Assembly: GCA_964447785.1 (NCBI GenBank) | Contig: CAYUTW010000001.1 | Location: 16,104 to 80,103, forward strand | Length of the DNA: 64,000 nucleotides | Direction of reading: 5' to 3' | Source of the DNA: an uncultured Methanobacterium sp. | GTDB taxonomy: Archaea; Methanobacteriota; Methanobacteria; Methanobacteriales; Methanobacteriaceae | The notes under the pieces: generated by a model | Database searches by the model: none | Seen by the model: the letters and a program-made list of their open reading frames with translations, nothing else | Told to the model about the DNA's origin: nothing | Program-made: the position numbers and the translations under genes | Part shown: positions 29,389 to 43,388 of the stretch, one piece after another | How the letters are laid out: every line of letters begins with the position of its first letter | How positions within the stretch are numbered: position 1 is the stretch's first letter

Positions 29389-31695
29389 TTAATAACGCCT
29401 TCTATCCATTAACTCTTTCATCTTACCAGGATTCCATCCGCCACTGGCAGATTTGGATCTTCCCACTTGCTGCACGTAGCCTGTGATACGGTCGTACCAT
29501 TCTACTTCTTTCTCCTCTCCACAAGTAGCACAGTTAGGTTGTAATCCTTTCATCAGGGTTTTGCATTTTATGCAGAAACTTAGGGCGCTGCTGTAAGCCC
29601 AGAACCCTATGTCTGATTTCCTGGCTATTTTGTTAGTGAGGCTCATTAGTGATTCAGGATCACTGTGGGATTCTCCCATAAAGGCATGGAAAATATGCCC
29701 CCCCAGTGTGAGTGGGTGGAATTTCTCCTCAATACGTATCTTTTCAGGCAGATTAACATCAGAGTTAACTGGAACATGACTACTGTTGGTGTAATAGGCA
29801 GCATTGTTGTCCCCCTGGGTTATTGCCTTTTCACCGAACTTCTCCCGGTCCAGAGTGGCGAATCTGTAAGCAGTTGATTCTGCTGGTGTCTGCAACACAC
29901 TCCATCGGTAACCAGTATCCTTAATCAAGTCACTAGCCCTTTGGTTCATGAATTCAAGAACACGTAATCCTAATTTCCGGGCATCAGCATCATCAATACC
30001 CGCACCACAGTGGCTGAGGAGCATTTCATTAAGTCCGACAAATCCAAAGGATAATGTGGAATTTTCCACCCGGTAGTATCTTTCACCATCAGTTTCCTGG
30101 GTTAAGAATGGTAAGAGGTTAAAGTCATTTAAACAGTTCATGGACTGCTCTCTTCTCATTAGGAGTACTTGTTCAGCCAATCGAAGATAATTATCCAAGT
30201 ATTCGAAAATCTCTTCTTCGTCTCGTGATTGGTATGCCATCCTTGGCAGGTTTAGAGTTACATAAGCCAGGTTTCCTGTTCGGAAACAATCCTGTTCCCA
30301 ATCTCCAGTCCAGTTATCGCTAAGTGATGTTCGGCAACCCATGTAGTTGGCCATGTTGCCCCTGTAATCTGGTAACATGTTCACAAAATAGGCACTGCCG
30401 TATTTAGCGGATAACTCATGTACCAGTTCCACATCTTCCGCGTATTCGTCTTTTAAGATTTTATCCCGTAACACGTAGATGGTGTTAGGGAACAAGTGTG
30501 GTTTTCCATCAGAATCTCCAGCCAGGAGTGTTTCCGTGAATGCTCTTTGTAACATACGGGTTTCTTCTTCGAAATCACCGTAAACACCAGCTAGTTTGCC
30601 TTTTGGTCCGTAAGCCTCAACATCTTGCATGAAGTCTGGAACACCGAATTCCATGTTAATGGATGTGAATGGTACTTGGCTTCCCCTGGCAGCATACGCC
30701 ATGTTAAGATTGTAGATGAACATCTGCACTGCCTGTTTCACCTTCTCATAAGGGAGTCCTTGGGCAAATGGTGCTACAAAAAGGTTCCACATACTCATAG
30801 ATTGCCCACCACTCATGTTTTGCTGAGCGGCCAGCATTATCTCCCCTGAATGATTCATCAGAGTTTCTATATGGTTTGGTGGCCCAGCCACGCTGGTGTG
30901 GTCTCCGGTCCCATCAACCTTTAGACCATGTTTAATGAAGAAACGTAAATCATGCTGCAGACAGTTTAGTGGTCTACCAGCGAAGAATTCCAAGTCGTGC
31001 ACATGGATGTCCCCACCCATATGTGCATCTGCTAGTTCATTGGGCAGTATGTGAAGTAATGCGTATTGTTTGAGAGCCTCATCTGCCACGTACTTATGTA
31101 CTGTTTCCGGGTTGTGGATCATATTAGCGTTATCCCGGCTTCCGTTTTCAATGAGGTTGGTGATGTTGTATACAGGTATACCTAACCTAGTGTATCGACG
31201 TCTGTATGTTTCCAGGCCGTGTTCCACCAGTTTTGTGTTTACAATTTCCCTGAGCATAGGTGCAGTGAGGTATTCCACATCCAGTTTTTTAACTGCCTTC
31301 CATACCTCAGTGGCTATCTGATCTGCTAGTTCAGGGCTGGCACCAGTTTCTACAATAAGTGTTTTCTCGATCTTGGTTTTGTCGAAGGATTCAATAGTGT
31401 CTCTGGATGTGCGTACCCTAAGTTGATTGGTGCGAAGGTACTTATCCGCCATCGTGGCATCCACGCGCTTCAAAGAGTCATATACCCACATCTTTATTTC
31501 CTTGGTGGTAACCCCATCATAGGCCGCACCTGCAGCCTGAGATGCTATTTTTTCCGCTGCCCATAAGGGAGCGCCAGCCATAAGACAGGATTTTAATATC
31601 TTTTCATGACTGAACTTCTCAAATATCCCATTGTTCTTTAAAACACAATTTTCCGCCTTGGTAGGTATGGCGGCAATAATACGCGCGTCCTTCAT
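29389..31695 (-). CDS. nrdD: Anaerobic (class III) ribonucleoside-triphosphate reductase with two ATP cones
   Basis: Two N-terminal ATP-cone repeats, HIHDL-like motif, YMGCRT, TPAES, glycyl-radical loop RITGYV. Confidence 0.95.
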   Translation of the reverse strand: MKDARIIAAIPTKAENCVLKNNGIFEKFSHEKILKSCLMAGAPLWAAEKIASQAAGAAYDGVTTKEIKMWVYDSLKRVDATMADKYLRTNQLRVRTSRDTIESFDKTKIEKTLIVETGASPELADQIATEVWKAVKKLDVEYLTAPMLREIVNTKLVEHGLETYRRRYTRLGIPVYNITNLIENGSRDNANMIHNPETVHKYVADEALKQYALLHILPNELADAHMGGDIHVHDLEFFAGRPLNCLQHDLRFFIKHGLKVDGTGDHTSVAGPPNHIETLMNHSGEIMLAAQQNMSGGQSMSMWNLFVAPFAQGLPYEKVKQAVQMFIYNLNMAYAARGSQVPFTSINMEFGVPDFMQDVEAYGPKGKLAGVYGDFEEETRMLQRAFTETLLAGDSDGKPHLFPNTIYVLRDKILKDEYAEDVELVHELSAKYGSAYFVNMLPDYRGNMANYMGCRTSLSDNWTGDWEQDCFRTGNLAYVTLNLPRMAYQSRDEEEIFEYLDNYLRLAEQVLLMRREQSMNCLNDFNLLPFLTQETDGERYYRVENSTLSFGFVGLNEMLLSHCGAGIDDADARKLGLRVLEFMNQRASDLIKDTGYRWSVLQTPAESTAYRFATLDREKFGEKAITQGDNNAAYYTNSSHVPVNSDVNLPEKIRIEEKFHPLTLGGHIFHAFMGESHSDPESLMSLTNKIARKSDIGFWAYSSALSFCIKCKTLMKGLQPNCATCGEEKEVEWYDRITGYVQQVGRSKSASGGWNPGKMKELMDRRRY

Positions 31696-31807
31696 CCTTT
31701 ACACATCCTCCGCCTTAAAAAGTAATATTACTATAATAATAATTTCCCCTCATCCCCCGTATTAAATAGGTTTTTAATATAGTTTTTATATCTATTTGTA
31801 TGTTATA

Positions 31808-31872
31808 AAATTGTTTCGATTATCCAAACTGTTCTGATAAACAAAACTGTTGTGATTGCAAACTATTTTTAT
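31808..31872. repeat. Degenerate direct repeats AAA(C/T)TGTTNNGAT upstream of nrdD
   Basis: Copies at 31808, 31826 and 31844 (18-nt period), with a weaker one at 31860. Confidence 0.55.
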
Positions 31873-31902
31873 GAGAACCCCACTGTTACTCAAACAATAT
31901 TT

Positions 31903-35229
<3,327 letters not shown>

Positions 35230-35547
35230 GATAATTCCTTTATTCTTTTTTATCCTGAAAATAATTAATTCAATAAGCCTTTTGAAATTATTCCAATAAA
35301 AATGAACTTAAATCTGATTTAAAACCCTCCTAATGTAAAGACGACTTAATCCCTACTAATTTCTTATTGTTCAGGAGAGGATTTATACTTTTTTAAACTT
35401 TATCTACTGATGTTCCATAAATGAATACATGATAAATTCAACCACCATTACAAATATAAGGCGGTAAAATTTAACATAAATATGGATATAATTTCATGAT
35501 ATTAAAATTGAATAAAATTTCATAATCAATTATTTATGGTGATTTAA

Positions 35548-35709
35548 TTGGCAAAGAAAGAAAAGAAATACCTCCCACCAAGTGGGGCGGGTCTGGTAAG
35601 ATACTTTGAAGATGAAACCAAAGGCCCCAAACTCAGCCCAGAGCAGGTTATCATTATGACAGTTGTTCTGGCAGTTTTCTGCATCGCTCTCAGGTTTTCT
35701 TACTCCTGA
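35548..35709 (+). CDS. secG: Preprotein translocase subunit Sec61beta (53 aa; not in the ORF track)
   Basis: Hand translation from TTG after GGTGA: MAKKEKKYLPPSGAGLVRYFEDETKGPKLSPEQVIIMTVVLAVFCIALRFSYS. Contains AGLVRYF and a C-terminal TM helix. Confidence 0.92.
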   Translation: MAKKEKKYLPPSGAGLVRYFEDETKGPKLSPEQVIIMTVVLAVFCIALRFSYS

Positions 35710-35829
35710 ACTCTTTACTTTTTCTAAATAACTCTCAGTTTAAGGAGTAACAAATTAAGGGAATATTTTTAAGAATATTTTGATTTAAAGTTTTTATAAA
35801 TATATATTAAGATATTAAGGAGTTTAAAC

Positions 35830-37179
35830 ATGGCTATTCACCCCATAGAATTTCGTTATGGTACCCCAGAAATGAAAAATGTTTGGGAAGCGGAAAATAA
35901 GCTTCAAAAAATGTTAGAAGTAGAAGCAGCCCTGGCAGAAGCCGAAGCCCATCTTAATCTAATACCTAAAGAAGCTGCACTAGAAATTAGAAAAAAAGCA
36001 AGTACCCAGTATGTCACCAAGGAAAGAGTAGATGAAATTGAGAGGGAAACCAACCATGACATCGCCTCGATAGTTAAAGCCCTGGCTGAGGTCTGTGATG
36101 GTGATGCAGGAGAATACGTGCACTTTGGTGCCACCTCCAATGACATCATTGACAGCTCCCAGTCCCTGCTTCTAAAGGATTCCATTGAAATCCTCCAGGA
36201 AAAAGTGGCACGTCTGACCAAGATTATCCTGAAACTTGCTGATGAACAAAAAAACACTGTCTGTATTGGCAGAACCCATGGACAGCATGCTTTACCCACT
36301 ACTTACGGGATGAAATTCGCCCTCTGGGCTGATGAACTCCACCGCCAATATGATCGACTGGAAGAGTGTAAAGGAAGGCTATGCGTAGGAATGATGACTG
36401 GTGCTGTGGGAACCACAGCCGCACTGGGGGCAGATGGACTGGAAGTGCACTTAAAAGTTTCAGAAATCCTGGGACTTCCACCAATCCTCATATCCAATCA
36501 GGTTGTACAAAGAGATAATCACGCAGAATATATTATGGACCTTGCTAATTTAGCTAGTACTCTGGATAAAATGGCTCTAGAAATTCGAAACTTACAAAGA
36601 ACAGAGATCAAAGAATTAGGGGAAAGTTTTGACCCTGAAAAACAGGTTGGATCCAGCACCATGCCCCATAAAATGAACCCCATTACTGCAGAGAGAATTT
36701 GTGGTGTTTCAAGAGTTGTTAAGGCATATACTTCTCCTGCACTCCAAAATAATGCATTGTGGCATGAAAGGGATCTTACTAACTCCTCCTCTGAACGTAT
36801 CATGCTCCCTGAGTCATCCATACTCACAGATTACATTTTGAATTTGACCATTAGATTAATGGAAAAACTGGTTTTCTACCCTGAAAACATTGAAAAGAAC
36901 CTTAATTTAACAGGGGGGCTGATCATGGCCGAACGTTTCATGGCTGAACTAACCCGTAAAGGAATGGGCAGACAAACTGCCTATGCTCTGGTTCGCAAGT
37001 GTGCCCTTGAAGCCAATAAACAGGGCACCAGTTTAAAAGAAGTTGTCCTTCAGCAAAAGGAGATAAATGATTATTTAAGCAATGCCGAAGTTGATGCAAT
37101 AATGGACCCTCACACCTATTTGGGATCTTCAGTTGAAATAGTGGGAATGGTCCTAGAGGAATCCAAAGGGTGGTTTTAA
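35830..37179 (+). CDS. purB: Adenylosuccinate lyase
   Basis: HFGATSND, GRTHGQHA, GSSTMPHKMNP signature, HERDLTNSS. Confidence 0.97.
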   Translation: MAIHPIEFRYGTPEMKNVWEAENKLQKMLEVEAALAEAEAHLNLIPKEAALEIRKKASTQYVTKERVDEIERETNHDIASIVKALAEVCDGDAGEYVHFGATSNDIIDSSQSLLLKDSIEILQEKVARLTKIILKLADEQKNTVCIGRTHGQHALPTTYGMKFALWADELHRQYDRLEECKGRLCVGMMTGAVGTTAALGADGLEVHLKVSEILGLPPILISNQVVQRDNHAEYIMDLANLASTLDKMALEIRNLQRTEIKELGESFDPEKQVGSSTMPHKMNPITAERICGVSRVVKAYTSPALQNNALWHERDLTNSSSERIMLPESSILTDYILNLTIRLMEKLVFYPENIEKNLNLTGGLIMAERFMAELTRKGMGRQTAYALVRKCALEANKQGTSLKEVVLQQKEINDYLSNAEVDAIMDPHTYLGSSVEIVGMVLEESKGWF

Positions 37180-37353
37180 AAAAGTTTTTAAAACTCATTT
37201 TTCCCCTTCTTTTCCCAATTTTTATTAATTAGATTTATACTATTTACTCTATTATTTTCTAGTTTTACTGGTTTTTACCCCCTATAAAATCGAAAAATTA
37301 ATATATGTCAAAGGAGACATAATATTACACTTAATGTAAAGGGAGGTGAAAAA

Positions 37354-38271
37354 ATGGTCGATATCAAAGAGATTAAACACATTAGAGCAGCGCCATTCAC
37401 ACTGATGTCATCATCCATACACGCAATTCTAGCATTTATCGCAGCAATTCTCATAATCCTATTCTTTGGAAGCCTAGCAGCCCTCATACCTGGGGCAAGC
37501 ATGTTCGCTGCTTTCATTGCACTATTAGGATTAGCTATTATTATCCTGTACCCATTAACCGCGTTCTTCTGGAACATACTGGCTGCCTTCGTTATGGCAT
37601 TACTATACAACCTTTTAGCGCCTAAAGTAGGTGGTATAAAACTTGGTATGGAAGGTGAAGAAGTTAAATCTATCCCAGTAGTATCTGTTGCTCTTGTACT
37701 ATCATGCATAGTCGCTGTGATAACTTTCATCATGGGATTATACATGGGACTGGCTGGTAGCTCAATATTCTCACTTATCAGTGGAGTTATACCAATTGCT
37801 GGCGCTGCAGTCGCCGGTGCAACCAACGCAACCAACGCAACTGTACCAACAGGCGGACTTTTCGGAGCAATATCTGGCTTTTGGGCCCTGTTCTGGATCA
37901 TCCTGATGCCAATAATGATGTTCATATTCTCGTTCATCGGATACGCACTGTTCGCAGTCTTCTACAACATCCTGATACCAAAAATCGGTGGAATCAAACT
38001 AATATTCGCCGAAGCAGGAACTGCATTTGAATTAACTAACATTCCAGCAGTACCAGCAGCTCTATCAGTATCAGTAGTACTTGCGGTTTTAGGTGCAATC
38101 TACGGATTCCTAATGGGTTTAATGAGCGGAGACATCGTTGCAGCAATAATTGCACTCATCGTATACGCTATAATGTGGTTTATAATGTACTTCATTATAG
38201 TTGCCTTGGGAGCAGTAATCTACAACTTCCTGCAGCCCAAAATCGGTGGAATAAAACTGGAACTGGAGTAA
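37354..38271 (+). CDS. Membrane protein built of three internal repeats (DUF3566-like units), paralog 1
   Basis: Three units each ending YN.L.PK(V/I)GGIKL; highly hydrophobic; GGAGGTGA RBS. Confidence 0.7.
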   Translation: MVDIKEIKHIRAAPFTLMSSSIHAILAFIAAILIILFFGSLAALIPGASMFAAFIALLGLAIIILYPLTAFFWNILAAFVMALLYNLLAPKVGGIKLGMEGEEVKSIPVVSVALVLSCIVAVITFIMGLYMGLAGSSIFSLISGVIPIAGAAVAGATNATNATVPTGGLFGAISGFWALFWIILMPIMMFIFSFIGYALFAVFYNILIPKIGGIKLIFAEAGTAFELTNIPAVPAALSVSVVLAVLGAIYGFLMGLMSGDIVAAIIALIVYAIMWFIMYFIIVALGAVIYNFLQPKIGGIKLELE

Positions 38272-38460
38272 AACATATTTAATTTCCCCCTTTTTTTATT
38301 TTTCTTGAAATTGTAAAGAATTTTAATTCTATGGCAAATCTCCATTAGTTTCATCAATTTTTCAACCTCTTCATTAAGAAAAACCTATCCTTAAGAAAAA
38401 GATATAAGGATTATAATTTGAATTAATTATGTAATTCACGTTAATTAGGAGGCAAAGCAA

Positions 38461-39363
38461 ATGGAAGAAATAAAAGAAATTAAATCAGTTACAATTGTGC
38501 CCTTCACTTTAATGTCGTCTGCAGTATCAGCAGTTCTGGGCCTAATTTATGCAATTATATTAATTTTAGTATTTGGTGTAATGGCTGTCATACTGCCTTC
38601 AGAAGCCAGTGCCATTGTTGGTATTCTGTTAACACTTTCCGTAGCCATGATCCTTGTTTTCCCTGTTGGGTCGTTTTTACTGAGTATCATGTCCTCATTC
38701 CTGATAGCATTAATTTACAACCTTCTGGTACCTCGCATAGGTGGGATCAAAGTGGGATTAGTGGATATGAAAGAAGTTAGATCAATACCAGTTATACCAG
38801 TTACTTTAATGGTCTCTGTTCTCTACACCATACTGACCTTCTTAATAATGTTGGTAGTTGCTCCCATCTTAATGGTAGTTTTACAGGGCACTGCAGTTGC
38901 AGCTGCTAGCTACAGCAGCTCACTATCAAGTATAACTGGCCTTGGTGCCCTGGGAATATTAGGGATAATTATTATGTTAATTGGAATCCCTATCGTGGTT
39001 TTCATTGTCACTTTCATGTTCAGTGCACTAGCAGCAATCTTTTACAATCTACTAGCACCTCAAATTGGTGGTATGAGGTTTAAATTCTCCCAAGTAAAAG
39101 ATAATCTCTTCCAAATCAAAAAAATAAAACCTATACCCCTGGCCATAATCAGTGCTGTGGTTCTGACCATTGTGAACTTCATCTTCAGCATACCTCAAAT
39201 TATCACGTACTTTGCTGTAGGAGAACCAATCGGAGCAATTGGGTACCTCATAGGGAATATTTTAGGCTCTTTAATAGGTACTTTTATAATTTATGCCATA
39301 ATGGCGTTATTATACAACTTCCTAAGGCCTATGATCGGAGGAGTAGAGTTAGAACTTGAATAA
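38461..39363 (+). CDS. Membrane protein built of three internal repeats (DUF3566-like units), paralog 2
   Basis: Three units ending [20 protein letters not shown] and [10 protein letters not shown]; similar to the upstream gene. Confidence 0.7.
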   Translation: MEEIKEIKSVTIVPFTLMSSAVSAVLGLIYAIILILVFGVMAVILPSEASAIVGILLTLSVAMILVFPVGSFLLSIMSSFLIALIYNLLVPRIGGIKVGLVDMKEVRSIPVIPVTLMVSVLYTILTFLIMLVVAPILMVVLQGTAVAAASYSSSLSSITGLGALGILGIIIMLIGIPIVVFIVTFMFSALAAIFYNLLAPQIGGMRFKFSQVKDNLFQIKKIKPIPLAIISAVVLTIVNFIFSIPQIITYFAVGEPIGAIGYLIGNILGSLIGTFIIYAIMALLYNFLRPMIGGVELELE

Positions 39364-39473
39364 TGGTTTAATTGGTTTATGGATCGTTTTAGTAAGATTA
39401 AACCGTAAGATAGGTTGTTTATTTTTTTAACCTATACCTTATTTTTTTATACTAACAAAAAGAAGAGATAGTC

Positions 39474-39884
39474 ATGAGTTCGCATCAAATCAAGTGCCGT
39501 AAAATTTCCCGTGGTCAAGCCAAAGGGGAAGTGATAATCTCCCAGGATCCATTAAGTTTCCTTGGTGGTGTTGACCCTGAAACAGGTAATGTTATTGACC
39601 GAGGACATCAGTTATACCAGCAAAATATTGCTGGCAAAATACTGGTTATTCCATCGGGTAAGGGTTCCACTGTGGGGTCTTATGTGATCTTCCAGATGGC
39701 TAAAAACAATACCGCCCCTCTAGCAATCATTGCAAAAGAAGCTGAACCCATCATTGCAACCGGGACGATAATGGCCAGTATTCCCATGGTTGATCAACCA
39801 GAAGAAGATCTATTTGGTATTTTAACAGACGGTGACTTGGTTGAAGTTGATGCCGATGCTGGGGTTATAAAAATAGAAAAATAA
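39474..39884 (+). CDS. DUF126/AcnX swivelling-domain protein, probable phosphomevalonate dehydratase small subunit
   Basis: [26 protein letters not shown]. Confidence 0.85.
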   Translation: MSSHQIKCRKISRGQAKGEVIISQDPLSFLGGVDPETGNVIDRGHQLYQQNIAGKILVIPSGKGSTVGSYVIFQMAKNNTAPLAIIAKEAEPIIATGTIMASIPMVDQPEEDLFGILTDGDLVEVDADAGVIKIEK

Positions 39885-39936
39885 AAATAAATTTTATTCT
39901 AAAGTATTTCAAGCCAAAAAAAGGTAAAATACCCAA

Positions 39937-40350
39937 TTAATTTTCTATTATTTTACCTTCACGACCATTTTCTCTGATTTCAGCACCAATAAATCCACCT
40001 AAAGCTCCCAGGACTCCGCCAAGGAACATGACCATTATAGTAATGAATACACCGGCTATGACAGTTATTGCACCTGCCACCAGCCCCACTTTAGCAAATA
40101 ATAAGCCTATGATGGCACTTAAAGCCCCGAAACCTGCAATGAACAGAATTCCAATAATGAGTCCGCCGATGATTCCAGTTAATGCACCTTCCACTGGAGC
40201 GTCCTTTTTCTCCCCACTCCCAATATAGGTTGCCAGTAACCCTCCTACTATTGGACCTAAAAAGAATAGAGGGAAAAACGAAATCGTTAAAACCAGGGTT
40301 AATACCGCATTAATTATAGACCCAACTCCTACTGCTTTCCAATCAATCAT
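39937..40350 (-). CDS. DUF5518-like Gly-rich membrane protein (copy 4)
   Basis: MIDWKAV.VG; G..GAL.G..GG and GxxGG motifs. Confidence 0.7.
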   Translation of the reverse strand: MIDWKAVGVGSIINAVLTLVLTISFFPLFFLGPIVGGLLATYIGSGEKKDAPVEGALTGIIGGLIIGILFIAGFGALSAIIGLLFAKVGLVAGAITVIAGVFITIMVMFLGGVLGALGGFIGAEIRENGREGKIIEN

Positions 40351-40430
40351 TTTTAGCACCTATCATATCTGTTATTTCTTCAAATCATGAAGATAAAAAG
40401 TTTATAGATTTAATCAAAAGAAGAAATATC

Positions 40431-40838
40431 TTAATCTTCGTTTTGATCTTCTAATTCAATCTCTTCATCTATATCTTCTTCAAACTGGCCATTTGATTGT
40501 CTTGATTTTATCACAGCACCGATAATTCCCCCTCCAAGTCCCAGGAGAATGTATACTGGTATTGAACCTAAAGAAAAGATTATTAGGCCCCCAATAATTT
40601 TTTCTGAAAATCCTGAAATTGCATAGATCACCAGAATATAAATTATTCCAGTGAAAAGTCCCACCAGGGCTCCGTTTACTGCTCCTGCTTTAAAACTGTC
40701 ATTAACTAAATATCCAACCAGAATTCCCGCGAGAACCAGGGCTATTACACCCCCAATTAATGGTATAATCATTCCTAAAACCAGCACCAGCACCACTGCA
40801 AGCACAGTCCCTATAAGTATACTTTTTTGATCAATCAT
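40431..40838 (-). CDS. DUF5518-like Gly-rich membrane protein (copy 3, acidic tail)
   Basis: AG.LVGY.V....GAVNGALVG; tail [12 protein letters not shown]. Confidence 0.7.
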   Translation of the reverse strand: MIDQKSILIGTVLAVVLVLVLGMIIPLIGGVIALVLAGILVGYLVNDSFKAGAVNGALVGLFTGIIYILVIYAISGFSEKIIGGLIIFSLGSIPVYILLGLGGGIIGAVIKSRQSNGQFEEDIDEEIELEDQNED

Positions 40839-40972
40839 GGTTTAACCTTCATAAATTATCTTTATTTCTCATACAATGTTATAGATATTCATATATGGTT
40901 AGATTTACCAAAAAAATAAACTTTACTAAAAATACTAAAAAGAAAAAATAGTAATTAAGGAGTTTACACGGA

Positions 40973-41338
40973 TTAAGCTGGTTCTCCTTTTATTACAGAT
41001 CCAATAGCACCTCCAATGGCCATTATGATCATGACCCCAAAGAATGCTACAAATAGTAGCAGTGAAGTAACAGTGGCAGCTGCAAATCCAATTAATCCCA
41101 GGATCAGGGTTCCGAATATGAGCATTAATATGGAAAGCACAATGGCCCCAAATAATCCTGATACTGCCCCGTTTGCCAGACCATTACCAGCTGTGCCCCC
41201 TACCATATATCCAACAACAATTCCTGCTATTAATATACCCAGAATTGATCCCACTGCTGGAATAATAACACCAAAAACGGCTCCCAGAACTATAGACAGG
41301 ATAAATCCAATGATTACTGCTCCCCAGTCAATATCCAT
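40973..41338 (-). CDS. DUF5518-like Gly-rich membrane protein (copy 2)
   Basis: [16 protein letters not shown]...[19 protein letters not shown]. Confidence 0.7.
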   Translation of the reverse strand: MDIDWGAVIIGFILSIVLGAVFGVIIPAVGSILGILIAGIVVGYMVGGTAGNGLANGAVSGLFGAIVLSILMLIFGTLILGLIGFAAATVTSLLLFVAFFGVMIIMAIGGAIGSVIKGEPA

Positions 41339-41396
41339 TTTATTTCACCTCTCAATAAATAAAATAAAATAAAAAAATTAAAAAAAAATATGTTTT

Positions 41397-41762
41397 TTAT
41401 TCTGCTGGTGCATCTCCTTTGATTAAAGCGCCGACGGCTCCACAAACTCCACCAATTATTGCAGCTATTATGATTCCAATAATAACTCCCAGAATTCCTA
41501 AGCCTGCACCTGCTGCTCCGGCAACTGCTCCTAGCAGAATAACTGCTATGATTCCAGTGATTAGTCCAGATACAATCCCTACTAGGGCTCCGTGTATTGC
41601 GCCGTTCATGTATCCGCCTGCAACAGTGTAACCAACGTAGACAGTTGCTATTATATAAGCGATGAAACTGCCATATCCCGGAATAACCATGTCAAGGATT
41701 AGGCCTAATATTACTGAAATTACTATACCAATGATAACTGGCATCCACTTAACTTCTACCAT
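41397..41762 (-). CDS. DUF5518-like Gly-rich membrane protein (copy 1)
   Basis: VKWMPVIIG, VGYTVAGGYMNGAIHGALVG, GAVGALIKG. ATG at 41762 follows GGAGGTGA. Confidence 0.7.
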   Translation of the reverse strand: MVEVKWMPVIIGIVISVILGLILDMVIPGYGSFIAYIIATVYVGYTVAGGYMNGAIHGALVGIVSGLITGIIAVILLGAVAGAAGAGLGILGVIIGIIIAAIIGGVCGAVGALIKGDAPAE

Positions 41763-42044
41763 GCTTTTCACCTCCCCATTATTTTATGAGTATACTGTTA
41801 AACCAAGTCCTTAATATCTTTTTCTTTTTTATTTTCGTATCCCGACCTAAATATAAAATAAATGCAATATTGCCGCCGATTAAATCAAATGATTGCACAT
41901 TAACCCATTAAAACCAGATCATAACATTATTTTTATAAAAATCTTCTTATTTCCCCAAACATGATCTTCAGATAAAAGATAACAATTAGAAGTAACAAAT
42001 TAAACCATAAATTTCCTGACAGAATCAGAGGATGGTGTCATTTC

Positions 42045-43274
42045 GTGTACTTATTAATCCATAACGGAACGCTTATAGATGGTAACGGGAAGAATCCCAT
42101 AGAGAATGGAGCAGTCTTAATACAGGATAGGGAAATCCTTGATTGCGGTGATGAAAAATCCATTAATCTGCCGGATGGGGAGATTGAACGTTTAGATGCT
42201 CAAGGAGGGTTTATACTTCCGGGTTTCATTGATTGTCATGTGCATGTTATGTTCAATGGTTTCAGCTTTGAAAACGCATTATTCACCCAATTGTCCCTCT
42301 ATTTTTACCAGGCAGTTGAAAATTTAAAATTAACCCTGGAAACAGGAGTTACTACAGTACGAGATGCGGGTATGGCAGATTATGGTGTTAAAAAGGCAGT
42401 AGAGCAGGGTTTAATAGTTGGCCCTCGCCTCCTCATCAGTGTTATGCCCCTATCCATAACCGGCGGGCACTTTGACATGCAGCTGAAATCCGGCCACGAA
42501 GTGAAGGCTACATACCCCGGACTACCAGATTCAGTCTGTGATGGAACAGAAGAGGTTAGGAAAAGAGTTAGAGAAGTATTACGGGCAGGTGCAGATGTGG
42601 TAAAAGTGATGGTTACCGGGGGAGTGATAAGTGCCAATGATGATCCAGAGCATCCTCAATTCACCCTGGAAGAGTTGCGTGTCATGGTTGATGAAGCTTC
42701 CTATCGTAATTTACATGTCATGGCCCATGCACACGGATCATCTGGTATTAAAAATGCTTTGAAGGTTGGTATAAAATACATTGAACACGGCACTTTCCTG
42801 GATGAAGAATGTATTGAACTTCTTCTGGAACATGATGCGTGGCTAACAGCTACCCAACTGGCACACTGGAGCAATTTGGAACTTCTGGAAGCTGGAAAAC
42901 TTCCTGATTTCAGCCAAGAAGATTCCCGAAAAGTAGCTATAAACAGCCATGAAAACATGGAAAAAGCCTACCAGGCTGGCGTGAATATGGCTATGGGCAC
43001 CGACAGCGGTATAGCACCTCATGGTCAAAATCTACGAGAACTTGGATTCTTATGTGATATAGGAATGACACCCATGGAGGCTATCCAGGCAGGGACTAAG
43101 AAAGCAGCAGAACTCCTGGAAATGGAAGATAAAATTGGGACTATTGAAAAAGGAAAACTGGCTGATGTGGTAATAAGTAAAATAAACCCCCTGAGTGATA
43201 TCCAATCTATGGGAAATCCTGAAAATATTGTGCTGGTTATGAAAGAAGGTCAAATTTTTAAAAATCTAATGTAA
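42045..43274 (+). CDS. Metal-dependent amidohydrolase (Xaa-Pro dipeptidase-like subgroup)
   Basis: PGFIDCHVH, GVTTVRD, HAHG, IEHG, GTDSG, GKLAD. Confidence 0.88.
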   Translation: MYLLIHNGTLIDGNGKNPIENGAVLIQDREILDCGDEKSINLPDGEIERLDAQGGFILPGFIDCHVHVMFNGFSFENALFTQLSLYFYQAVENLKLTLETGVTTVRDAGMADYGVKKAVEQGLIVGPRLLISVMPLSITGGHFDMQLKSGHEVKATYPGLPDSVCDGTEEVRKRVREVLRAGADVVKVMVTGGVISANDDPEHPQFTLEELRVMVDEASYRNLHVMAHAHGSSGIKNALKVGIKYIEHGTFLDEECIELLLEHDAWLTATQLAHWSNLELLEAGKLPDFSQEDSRKVAINSHENMEKAYQAGVNMAMGTDSGIAPHGQNLRELGFLCDIGMTPMEAIQAGTKKAAELLEMEDKIGTIEKGKLADVVISKINPLSDIQSMGNPENIVLVMKEGQIFKNLM

Positions 43275-43388
43275 GCCAATGATTAGGTTAATTAATGAAA
43301 ACATCTAGGAATATACTTTTATGCACAATAATAGACCATAAATTGACATAAAGGGCTGGATTAATATAATAAAAGGGCTGGATTGCTA

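Noticed and set aside
31808..31872. Mini CRISPR array
   Set aside because: Units are 13 nt with ~5-nt gaps and are degenerate; there are no spacers of CRISPR length and no cas genes.
37308..37937. 209-aa antisense ORF over the repeat membrane protein
   Set aside because: Explained by the codon bias of the sense gene (few TTA/CTA/TCA in that register); no independent RBS or motif.
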